Shown: positions 25,552 to 37,972 of the stretch, in pieces
Numbering within the stretch: the first letter of the stretch is position 1
How the letters are laid out: each line of letters opens with the position of its first letter
NCBI RefSeq assembly: GCF_001194135.2
Contig: NC_068985.1
Coordinates: forward strand, 7,072,181 to 7,136,180
Source: Octopus bimaculoides
Lineage: Eukaryota
DNA: 64,000 bases
Direction: 5' to 3'
Position numbers and translations under genes: made by a program
The notes under the pieces: generated by a model
Databases searched by the model: none
What the model saw: the letters and a program-made list of their open reading frames with translations, nothing else
What the model was told of the DNA's origin: nothing

Positions 25552-28500
25552 TGTGCCAGTTACTAATATAGACTGCTTATTTATTAATCCTATTTATTAA
25601 TCTTTCAGAAATCATTTCTTGTAATTACGAAAAAATAATTTCTATTCTATTTGACAATCGTTAAGAATTAAAACATTGATTGTGTTTTCATTTTCCAACA
25701 TAATAGAGGAAGTCTAATACATTAAGAATTTATAGCGTTAGTTGTTTATTACATCAAACATTAGATTAATTTCCAAAACTGATACCATTGCGGATTTCAG
25801 TTACATCGCATATCGTGTATTGTTTTTTAAACTATCAACTTATTCATCCACAAATAAGTAACTGTATTGCAGTAAATATTAAATCTATGCAGTGTTCCGC
25901 AAGCTTCGGGTGAGATATATAACCATTGCTACCATTTGCCTTCAGAAAATTATTAGAAATTCTTTTTGTTTGGGGGTTTTTCTATTCAAAAGTGAAATGG
26001 CCACAATTTAAAACTTTATTGCACACTGCCTGCACTTTTTCACCCCATAGTTTGTTTATGCAAACTCAGAGTTAACTGCTGTTACAATGGAACGCCTTCA
26101 TATGTATTTGTTTTTTATGCAAATTATCCTTATTCAAAATATATTCATAGCACATTTAAACTATGTATAATGAACCAGAGGTTTTGTTTTTCTGTAGATT
26201 GAAGATTACGAGGCTTAATTGTGTTTGCAATATGCTCATATATTTTTGCTTGTAAACAAACGCCAGACCTTCATTTCCATAGACATGTATTTTAATTTTA
26301 AAATTATGTTTGACTCCCTTGTGTCAGTACAAATTTTCTTTGAGTATTGCTTACAATTAACGCTGGTTAATTGTTTTTTTTTTTTCCAGCAATAATTACA
26401 TACAACATTCACTACATCATTAGTTAACTTAGTGATGTAAATTACTTCCACTGACCACACATAATTATTTCTTCTGGTCGCTTTCTTTTAATTTACTTTA
26501 TGATATTTGCATATTATTCTTGTCTGAAACTCCCTTAATCATCTATATAAAACATTTACAGACTCCAATATTTAGCACACTGTACTCTGGGCCTAATTTA
26601 AAAAACAAAAATTTAGTCTTTACTCCATAATTGTCCTTACCAGCATGTAAAGATCAGACTCTCCTTTATCTACATATGGAAATTAACTTTCGAAGTTTAT
26701 TTTAAATTACGTAAAATTATCTTCCTTTACTTTCTCAGTGGCTCAAGACTCTTACACGTAACTCGAATCGCCGCTCAGATTTTTATTTCTACGTACAAGG
26801 AGATTTCAGCAGATTGAGACTTTAGTGAATAAACAATTCCTTACGTTACCGGATACTTTCTGGACCCCTTAATGAAATTATTAGAATTAAGTTTATTGAT
26901 ATGCTTGAGTGATATGCCTTAACTATATTTATCCTAAGTATTCTGATTGTATTTTGGCCAAAACTATATCAATTGTTTCCTGTAACTCATTAGTAATCAA
27001 TAATGGGCACTATGTTGGGCAGGATCTGATTTTGCAAACAATGTTGCTACATTATTCTTTTCCGAAACATGAAAATTAAACGAGAACTTTATTCTCTCAT
27101 TTCCGCTAATTATTTTCCTACACTTTCAGAACAGCTATCTATTATGTGTAAAATTTTATTTTCAATTTTCAAATTAAAGATTATTTTCAAAATATTACTA
27201 ATTTCTATGTAAGCCACTCAATACATTCCTTCGTGTAATTTTCCGTTTACGTCTTACTTTTTTCCTTTTACATTTATATATATCTGTAACTTATCTCTGC
27301 CAAATATATACGTAATTATACTTCTCTCTGTAAAACGAACCTCAGTCCTACAGTGAGATGACGTTGTCAAACAGATCTGAACATTTTCGTCTTTATTCAT
27401 GTCTGTAAACAAAGATCAGACTCATTTTCCTTAAGTATAAAAATTTGATATTTAATTAAACATTAATTTCTTCAAAGCATTTCACAAGCGCTTTGTGAGT
27501 CGCTACTGCTAGTCTTTGATTTTCTTTATATTACAGAAAATTTCAGTGAAATAAGAATTTATGGTGGACGGCATTAAGTACATCATAGTTTCATTGAAAT
27601 AAGCACATTTTTTTCTGATTTATAAATGTATAATCACTGATTAAGAAGCTGCTGCAATCTGCACTAAACTGACAAGACATCATACATGAAAATGTATGCA
27701 CATATTTCCCCTCACTGGCAATTTTTTTCTGTAAGCACGTAAATTTAGTTGAAAAATTAATTTCTAACTTCTTAGCTAAAAACGTGGAGGTTTTTGTATA
27801 GCTCCACTTTTGTAATTTAGATAAGTATTTTAATGAATTTTAAAATGCGAGGTTGTTTCAGTCATATGAACTCGTGTCTCTGGCTCCTTTTTTTAATGTT
27901 AGTTTATTTTCGTCTTTCAGGTATCTAAATTGTTGTTCAATAAATGTGACCGCATATTTAGTTCTCTATGCAATAGCAACAAACACTGATATTGAGGCAA
28001 ATAAACCACACATACTAATCTGTCCGAATCATACCGACCATTACATCAGCGAACTGTAAAGAACAATGATATTTCTTAATTTATACCTACTAGAATTTCC
28101 CTAAGCACATCACTTTACATGTATTTTCACTTTTTTCTCTCTTGAACGGTTTTGCACACATACGTTTTTGTTTCTTTTACAATTCTACAATTCCTTGTGG
28201 AACTAGAATTTATTTATGATATTGTTAATTCAATTATTGAAATCATGTCTTCAACGTTTACAACCACTTTCCTTCAGAACATTTATATAACTCGCAAAGC
28301 CTTACAGGTTTGTTTATAAAAAATATTTGTTATATAATATATATGTGTGTGTGTGTGTGTTTGTATATAATAACAGCACATTTTTGATCAAGTCTACATG
28401 CAAAATGTGCATGTAAATATAAAGTAACATCAATATAAGTTCCAAGTTGAATATATTAATATCAAACACGAATCTGAAATAGAACGAAGTAAAATGCAAA

Positions 28501-29427
28501 GATAATTCTTACCTGCAAACTCTGGGTCTTCCCTCCCATAAGACGGCAAAATTACCTAAGATATTAATGAAACTCTTCAAATTATCTTCCATTTTCTCTA
28601 AATGTCTCTATCAATAAGATATCCGTTTTACTTTTATTTGACCAACTTAACAAGTATATCTTAAAGAAATAAGAATTGTGGTGTGCGACATCCAGTAGTT
28701 CGCCTCTTAACTTAATTACTTACATTCATGTTGTGGTCTTTTTATTTTAAGCAAGCAATTTATGTTTCTTTTCATTTCTGTTATCTGTAATATTTCTTCA
28801 CCGCCACTTCATTTTTTTTATCTTAAAATTACGGAAAGTGCTTTTGGCGGTGTAATATTACTAACTTACTTTCTTTTTAAGATGTCCACTATAACGATTT
28901 TGCAGCATTGAGAAGAGAATGCTTTACTGACTAGGTCATATACACAGATACATGCCACGATACTACTTGACTCCAGTCTACATCCGATCACAAAACGACC
29001 TTTTCCTTAAACATGTCAATTAACTGAAAAATTACTTAATTAATTCTTCAACTTGCCCATCGGCTTATAGTTGCTTTCTGAAGCTTATAGGGAAATTTCT
29101 GTGAATTAAGAGTTTATATCTTTCCATATTCAGCATTTCACTTTTAAACTTAATTATCCAAATTTATAGCAATTGTACCTTTGAGGTAGTCACATTAGCT
29201 TCTATAATGCCAATAATATACAACGTCTCTCTTATCCAACTCATTAAGCGCAAGAGCACGATGTGTGCGTATTCATATGTATAAAGATATACAAACATAA
29301 AAACAGAGGAACAGTAGAAGCTCACATTGAAATTCAGATACATAGATGCATGCATGTAGGCATGTGCATATATGCTAAAATATAGATGTGCATATATGGG
29401 TAAATCTGGGTATTTATTCATACACGT

Positions 29428-29432
29428 GTGTC

Positions 29433-29512
<80 letters not shown>
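29428..29512. repeat. Long (TG)n microsatellite
   Basis: Direct reading. Confidence 0.95.
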
Positions 29513-29515
<3 letters not shown>

Positions 29516-29722
29516 ATATATACACACACATACACATATACAGCTCTATTTGTTATTTTTTTATTTGCAGCATCAACATTCTCTATTTATATATACGTAT
29601 GGTAATAGTATTTTTTTAAGTATATTTTTCAGTACGTGGTGAGATACAAGCCAAATCCTTGTTATAATTATGTATATAATTATAAAATATTTATATACGT
29701 ATGCATATTATATATTTACGAT

Positions 29723-29772
<50 letters not shown>

Positions 29773-30099
29773 CTGTGTGTGTGTGTGTGTGTATCCCTGT
29801 ATTCATACATGCATGTTGGTAGATGATGAGGTAGGTAGGTATGGAGGGGGGGAGGCATGTAAATGCATTGTATACAACGAAATGCGTGACATTTATTCCG
29901 AGGTTGCTGCTCTTCTTTAAGATGTATCGATTCTAGAAAAGGAATCGGTCTCTTTGAAATGTACTAGTGTGAGTAAATGTGTGTGTGTGTGTGTGCGTGT
30001 GTACATATACTGGTCTCTCTCGTCGAAGATGGCGTATGAGTCTCCAGTTAGAAGACAGAAAACCTCCCAAGCAAATAGACAATCAATGATATACCCACA

Positions 30100-30880
30100 C
30101 ACATCTGAGTCTGGATCAAAACGGCTTTTATAACGGGTGTTTCAGACATTTACAGGATATCGCTATTTTCCAACTGTTTCTCCCCCTCGACCTTGTAAAT
30201 TAAGACATCTCATAGGAATGCTGTTTAGCTGACTGATTTTCTTACAATGAGGTTTCCAGGCCTCTTCTCCATTTAAAATAGGTTTTAGTACAACTGACAG
30301 TTGCACCCCTATATTTGTACTAAGTGAGACACTATGATCATTCCAAAGTTGATATTTAAGCTTTCCAAAGATTGTGCTAGCGGCTGTACTGGCGGCTATA
30401 ATGGCATTTCTAATACAAGTTCGGACCTCCGTAAGGAGTCTAACCTCGGTTATTACAGTGGAACCTAAATACGTGAATGCATCATCGCATTTCAGAGCTT
30501 TGCCTTCATCAAACACGTTGTGCATGATTTCTAGGTTATTACCAGGACGTGTCAGCCACGTGCTAGTTCAGGTTTTTTTTTTATGTTGCAGATATATTAA
30601 TGACGTTCTGGCTGCTTTCAATGATCAGCAAACACTAAACCTCGTATTGCCCGAGATGAAATTTACAGTCTTTGCTTTGAAACGCTCTTGGTTGAAGATG
30701 CCACCCGTTGTCCTGTGTTCAAGAAATATAACAGAAAAAGGCATAATTCGGCATAACTGCAAAAGTTGTGTAAATAGTAATGGTGCCAAAAATACAAAAC
30801 TTGTTTTGTGCTATTTTTATCATCAAAAGGCCGAAATGGATTTCCATTTCAGAGACCAGAAGCCTTCTTTCAGCAAGCGT
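30100..30880 (-). mobile_element. Decayed RTE/BovB-like LINE, RT C-terminal half
   Basis: NSTKQ..LAPLLF, RTTGGIFNQERFKAKT..LVFAD, DAFTYLGSTV, FGKLKYQLWNDHSVSLSTNI..ISQLNSIPMRCL. Confidence 0.88.
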
Positions 30881-30929
30881 CTTACCACACCGCCACCTAT
30901 GTATGCAGAGAAATTTAAATGTTTTTCTC

Positions 30930-31139
30930 TCCTCTAGATGCAATGCCCGAAATGTTTTAGTGGGGGGGGACCAGTCGATTAGACGACCCCAGTACGCAAC
31001 TGGTACTTAATTTATCGACCCCGAAAGCATGAAAGGTAAAGTTGACCTCGGAGGAATTTGAACTCAGAACGTAAAGACAGACGAAATACTGTTAAGCATT
31101 TCGCCCGGCGTGCTACCGTTTCTACCAGCTCGCCGCCTT
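30930..31139 (-). mobile_element. SINE S1, near consensus
   Basis: Reverse complement AAGGCGGCGAGCTGGTAGAAACGGTAGCACGCCGGGCGAAATGC..GAGTTCAAATTCC. Confidence 0.92.
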
Positions 31140-33546
31140 ATGGAAATTAATATAATAATCAATAAAAACAACCATCTGTAAGATGATGTAGAATTAATCA
31201 AATATTTACGAAATCATCGATAAATGTTTGTGATTAAATACGCTATACTTTGCTTTAGTGGCGTTTACTGAAAAAACAAACAAAATGAGAAATTTCATAA
31301 AGATTTAAAGGGCAGCTTGAATGTAAGAATACGTTAAATGTTTCAGTGAAAAGATAAAACAATATATTAAAAACTTAATGAAAGCGTAATTATGAAAATT
31401 AATAAACGAATCAATAAACGAAAATATCAACATGCAAAAATGATTAAAGTTATAACAAAAATAAACAGAAATTATGAAGTAAAATAAAATGTGTAAAATG
31501 GAGGATAAAATTGACAATCTATTAATATTATATGAAAAAAAAAACTGAAAACATACTTATAAAACATACATTTGTTTTATTGGTTTTAAAATGTATTACT
31601 CTCTTCTGACTAATGAGGATTAATGCATGCGCCATTATAGAAACGTATAAGTTGTTTTACAATGGAAAATACGATGCCCGGTCAAAAAATGTCGGGAGTA
31701 ATTCTATAAAAAGACGACTACAGTACTTCAGCATTTAATCTCCTCTTTTCTGAAGCCACAGACATTATCCAGTATGGTTTCCTTTCATAGAAGTATTTCT
31801 GAAATTCATTTGTTCGTTTTTTCCTTTTGTTTTATTTTTTAATATAGCTGCCTCATAGCATTTCGATATTTGAAATTTTGTTCCTTTGATGTGGGGTTCC
31901 TTTCAAGCATTAGGTTTGGTGTCATAGCCGTAGACATGATTAGTCGCCTGTTATGGCCATTTTCAAAAGTGTTTTCGTCTTCCTCGATACAATCAAGATC
32001 CTACGAACCATAAACCCGATGCTTCTTTTATGAGATCACCACACTTTAAATCCTAGCACTTCTAGAAGGTTCTAGCTTAGTATGCATGCGCGACAGATCT
32101 CAAGGCCAATATGTGCCAAGCTGTCACATTCTGCGTAGTTTAGCTCCGTTACCATAGCAAAAGTCTCGATATTTTTTAATCAGACCTTGTATATTCTCTA
32201 ACACATCTGCTGCTAAAGTCAGCACCAGAAGTACTGGTTTGTTTACAGCAGAGATTCTCGAGCGGGGTCCATATAAGATTTTGTTGTCAAAATTTATCTG
32301 CAATAAATTGGTTATACCTCTTGGGTACACAAAATATTTTTATACAACTCCTAATAATATTTCATCATAAAATTATACGAATTTTTAAGCATCGGATGTC
32401 TAGGAGGGTCCATCCCAGTAATTAAAAGGGTCCATAGGTAAAAATAGAAAATGATCGAGAAATATTGGTTTGGAGTATTCTTTTGAAATAAGTTTACAGA
32501 AAGTAATGTGTCTATAGCAAAAATTTGAATATGGATATAATATCAATTTTAAATTGCTGTCATTCGTTTGAATCATTAGACTCCGGTCATGCTGGGGCAC
32601 CATCATAAAGGGTTTACTTGAATAAATCGAACTTAGTACTTATGTTTTTAAGCCAAGTACTTTTTCTTTCAATCACTTTTTGCTGAACTGCTAATTTGAG
32701 TGGACGCCAGCGAGATGATGCCTCGTATTTACCTTGAAATTGATAACTTTGGATTTTCAACACCGATGGTGCTTAGATGAAGCACCATTAAGTTTGGGTT
32801 AGAAAAAGAATATATTTGCCCGTTTACTCTGGAAACTATAGAGCGTTTGCTTCAATGATGTGTTTTAACACTCTCAGATAGTTTCTATCGTTATCAACAT
32901 ATTTTCGCTTGCAACTCCTGCTGTATTCCCAGGCTATTTAGAAGAAACAGTTCTTAGAAGTTCGTTTCTGTTACTAATTTTATTAGATGCTGCGTTGTTA
33001 TTGTATTTATGGCTCATATTTCTTAGAGCTATATATTCCTACTCTCTTGATACAGCTATCAGGCTTACGAAGCGAGAAGTTTGAAATGTTGATTTGTTAT
33101 TCACTGTAGTTTCAAGAAAAATACAATTTCAATATTTCTATTCATACAATGTCTATCTTTTCTGATATGAAATTCAATATTATTTCATTTTTACTATATT
33201 TTCATCTAAGTTAGGCATAGAAAAAAGTTTTTTAAAAAATGCTAGTAATATGGTTTTGAATTGATCGGGTGATGGCAAGTTTTTACGTATTTCAAAAGCA
33301 GTTTTCAGTATTCATGTTTTTAAAGATTATGCTAGCACAGTTCTTCGTCATAGTTTATTCAAGTTACCTTATTTCCTTATGTAAAAAAAAATTCCTAACC
33401 GACTTTAGTACTACCGTTATAATTAGGTTATGTTGTACAACACGTACGTCCTAATGCATTATCGTATTCACAATTACAATTGTTATACTGGTCATATTTA
33501 TTTGTACAGTTCTATATTTAATAGATGAGGAATTATGTACATTATA

Positions 33547-33773
33547 TACATTTACATTTGACGGATAATTGTCCTCATCTTGTTTGTTGTTAACACAATG
33601 TTTCGGCTGATATACCCTCCAGCCTTCATCAGGTGTCTTGAGAAAATTTCGAAGCTGGGTTCTCATTCCTAAGGTATATTTCGCTGTTGTTGTTGTCATT
33701 ATTAAGGTGACTGCCTGGAATCGAACTCGGAATCATGGCGATAATAGCCCGCGCTCTTAACCACTATGCCATA
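33547..33773 (-). mobile_element. tRNA-headed SINE-like element with 3' hammerhead motif (copy A)
   Basis: Reverse complement: A box TGGCATAGTGG, B box GAGTTCGATTCC, (TAA/CAA)n linker, body, then GACAC CTGATGA A GGCTG-GAGGGTATAT-CAGCC GAAAC ATT GTGTT (33592-33637). Confidence 0.8.
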
Positions 33774-33782
33774 GTTTTTTTC

Positions 33783-33995
33783 AGAACGCGGGCTACTAAC
33801 CCCAAGATTCCGAGTACGATTCCAGAGAGTGACCTGAATAATAATAATAATAATAATAATATCAAAAAGTACCTTAGGAATAAGAACGCCGGTTCTAAAT
33901 TTCCCCCAAGACATCTGATGAAGGCTGGAGGGTATATCAGCTGAAACGTGTTAACAATAAACAAGATGGGTACAAATATCTGTCAAATGTAAATG
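33783..33995 (+). mobile_element. tRNA-headed SINE-like element with 3' hammerhead motif (copy B, 5'-clipped), head-to-head with copy A
   Basis: GCGGGCTACTAACCCCAAGATTCCGAGTACGATTCC, (TAA)n, body, then GACAT CTGATGA(33915-21) A GGCTG..CAGCT GAAAC GTGTT, and the same tail as copy A. Confidence 0.8.
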
Positions 33996-34757
33996 GTGTA
34001 TATATATTTGTCCTTTGCGTTCGTTTAGCTTGCAGAGCAACGCTTTTAGATCTATTGCTATGTCCAAACATGTGACCTCTACTTGCTAACAGAGGTTTCT
34101 AGAAATTTATCGTTTCAATTATCAATTGTATCACGTTAACTCCTGTCCCGCATATTCTCATTCTCCGTATCTCTTGTATTGTAATTAAAACCTCTATCGA
34201 TATCTATACCAATATCCCTATCGTTAATTATGCTATACAAAGCCATCCTCTTAGATATTCAATGACATATATCCGTGCTTACGTGTGTATATATATGAGT
34301 ATGTGTGTGTGTGTTTTTATATATGCATATATGTGTAAAATGTAAGTATATAGTATAAATATGGTTGCATCATTTTAAATATACGTATAAATATGTTCCT
34401 ATCATTTTAAGGCGTCGCAATGACACCATGGGGTTTTGCGGAACACTTTCTGTATTGCGAAAACAATTTCGTCTTAATTAATGAATTATTTGTATAATGT
34501 AACATAAATCATAGAAATAGTAAATGTACACTTTACTATTTTCGCATTCTTTTTGCGACAGCAATACGTAGATTGTGATTCCAAAAGCATTTATGCAGAT
34601 CTTTGCAGTGATTCTAGAACCGAAGAATAGTATGAAAAGAGACTCGTCCTTGTGTAAATTCGGAAAATTATCTTTTAAATCACAAAGAAGGAAAAGACGA
34701 CCAGGTTCATAGCCTGTGCTGAGGTTGAAGATGATGATGATGATTATAATACACGTA

Positions 34758-34766
34758 TATACATAC

Positions 34767-34797
<31 letters not shown>

Positions 34798-34813
34798 CAC
34801 GTGTGTGTGTGTT

Positions 34814-34861
<48 letters not shown>

Positions 34862-34915
34862 TCTATGTACTCATATGCATGCATATATCTGTGTGTGTGT
34901 TTATGTATGTGCGTA

Positions 34916-34956
<41 letters not shown>

Positions 34957-35000
34957 GTATTTATATGTATATACACAATGCACTGAGATATATACACATA
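34758..35000. repeat. Compound TA/TG/CATA microsatellite
   Basis: Direct reading. Confidence 0.9.
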
Positions 35001-35664
35001 CACAACCCACACATGTATATAGGGTTTTGTTCATCAGCGTCTGATATATGTACACGAGTATTTTGTAATAAATCGTGTTCACCATGTAATGAAAACAAAC
35101 CTAAACAAGAATATAACTTTAAATTCAAGTATATTCGATAGAATGAAATTGCTTTCTGCGACTCACATCCCTGAAGGAGCTGAAGTTCTCATATCAAAGA
35201 AACCATTCTCGCTTCCGTGTGGTTTTTCTCTTAAACACTATTTCCAATTCCAATTACATCGAATTCTATCCTTATAATTGGCTATTCCATCAATTGCATC
35301 CTAATATCCAAGTCTTTTGAATTAGGAAATCAGTCCTCTCATTGGTACATATTAGGTATATAAGCATATATACACACATATTTATGTGTGTGTGTGCGTA
35401 TATGATAATATACATATATATACATATATATCTGTGTGTATGTGTATATATGTATGTACATATATGTGTATAAATATTTATATAATCTAGATATAATTAT
35501 TCTAACCTATTCCTCTTACTATTTTCATTCTATTACACTCTCTTTCGCTCTTCCTGTATATTTTTTCTATGTATCTGTGTATATAGGTACATATGAACAT
35601 ACATGCATACATACACATTTGCATATAGCTATATAACTCTCAATGCATATGTATGCATATAATA

Positions 35665-35719
<55 letters not shown>

Positions 35720-37121
35720 ATTTATGGACATATATNNNNNNNNNNTGTTTCTGTGTATATATGTATTTATGGGCATATATACATGTTTACTTATGTTTGT
35801 GTGTATGTTGTATATCTAAGCAAGCATGAGCAATACGTTTACGGTCGTGTCTTTTCAATAAACATGCATTTATATCAATGAAAAAAAAGTTGATGATCAT
35901 GTTAAACTCCATGTTTTTCTCTGTGTAGGCAAAGGAACGACATTGGTTTGCATTAGATTCACTGCTTTAAATACGTCATAAAATTGCAGCTATTCATTTT
36001 TCCTGAACCACAGATACGTAGATAATATCTATTTATTTTATACACAGCTAAGACGCAACCCAACCATAATTTTTACAGAGGTGTTTGAAAATAGTGAATA
36101 TTCTACACAGCTATTAATTTCTGTTATCTCGATGGTCAAGCGAATGAGAAACCGACTTCTGATGAAGCGAAAAATAGCTGACATTACTTACTTCGCTATC
36201 TTCTCTTTCCCTGTGTTAAGGCCAGCCTCTTCTTATCTCGATATTTTTAGAAATACATTTATATAGAAAGCACATAGCAGCTCTCTCTCCCTCCCTCTCT
36301 CTCACACGCGTTCTTTAGAAAATGTGTTTGTGTTCGTGTGAGTGCAGGTATGAGTTTGCATTTGTCTTTCACCTAACAAAACTATGTCGCTTTATGTGCC
36401 GTAACATCTCACACATTTGGCTCGATTTTGTCGACTATACCGTCTAAGGTGCATAAGCATTTCCGCAGACCAATGGCCTAAATAAGCAAAATAATAGAAT
36501 AGGGAGATATATTGTAGATATGTTTGGGACTTTTATTTCAAAAATCGTGCCATATTTCACTACGTATGACACTAACGCTGTTTGTATTATATAGCTAAAA
36601 CAATGCTTGTAACTAAATATATTCAGCATAAGAGCTTAGGTTAAAGCCATAAGCAACAGTCTCTTTTTGAGCTTTGTTATGGATCAAATTCACCAGGGGG
36701 AGATCTTACAGCCGTGGTTTTTATGGGATTCAGATTATGGAGTGTTCATGAAAGATCCATTTATAAGAGATCCATTTAATATAACAACCCAAAGGCTTCT
36801 GCATGATCAATATTTATTCCGGTTATTAATTTAATTCTTGATAATACTGAAACAGTGTTTTGAAAGAGCTTCTCTTCCGATGTCAGTAATCTTGTCTTCA
36901 GTATGATTATCAAGGTCCATAACCTCCGCTCTTATCTAGATCCCTTTACAGAGAAACCTATGTGTATGTTTCGCTAGACACGCTTCTAAGTGAATATTTT
37001 AGGGATATTAGATTTGAAGGAAAGGGTAAAATTAAGCCCCAAATATAAATATATATAAGTCCCAAAGTTATCTACATTCACGCACCAAATTTGCAAAATC
37101 AGTTTTGAATCCGTTCTCGAC

Positions 37122-37190
<69 letters not shown>

Positions 37191-37789
37191 TTCGTAATTT
37201 GTAGTTAGATTATTTATGCAGCTCGCTGTAGAATATATTTCAACGATTAAATAGTTACAGCTAATTAAGATCCAATATACGTAATGATTGCTTTTATATA
37301 TTTTATTTTCAAAGTAGATTTTAGTACCTTACAACATCAGAAGAGCATCAAATCATTTATTTTCATTATATTCTTTACTATATCTGAACTGAACCAAAAA
37401 TTCGAACCCAAAATAGCATAGCCTCCGGATCCAATCAAATTTCCTTGCCCAAAACGTGCGAGTAATTTTGCTATTCATGTCAATTCTAAGTATCTTTATT
37501 TTATTATCTCTTTTTTGATAGTGATCCGCTTCTCGAATATGGTAAGTCTCCTGCGGCCCGCGTCGTATCTGGTAAGTCTCGGGCCATCACACTCAGGACC
37601 GCCTTACATTCGTTTTTCTCTTACTCTCGGCATTTATAATGTCTTCCAGTAATCGTTAATCTCAGATACCTCTCTCAGAGCGTAATATATCAAAAAATTT
37701 TAATCTGCTTGTCATGTGTTTCTGCCTCATACAGTGCCGACGAAATCCACAACCAAGTCATTTCTTCCAGATCAAACCAATAAAATATT

Positions 37790-37972
37790 GATTTCCAGCT
37801 CTGGCACAAGGCCAGCAATGTCATGGGAGGAGATAGGTCGATAATATTGACACCGTTGCTAAACTGTTACTTATTTTATCGACCCGAAAGGATGAAGGGC
37901 AGAGTCGACCTCGGTGGGATTTAAAACCAGAGTCTGAACATTTTGCCCGGCGTGCTAACGATTCTGTCAGCC
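37790..37972 (-). mobile_element. SINE S1, diverged
   Basis: TTATCGACCCGAAAGGATGAAGGGCAGAGTCGACCTCGG..CGTGCTAACGATTCTG. Confidence 0.85.

Noticed and set aside
34716-35141. YI/CV/HT-rich ORFs (also at 8.9, 29.2, 41, 42.3, 52.4, 54.5 and 59.5 kb)
   Set aside because: These are translations of TA/TG/CA microsatellites.
36158-36190. CTGATGAAGC..GCTGAC
   Set aside because: Only a 3-bp stem and no GAAA core.
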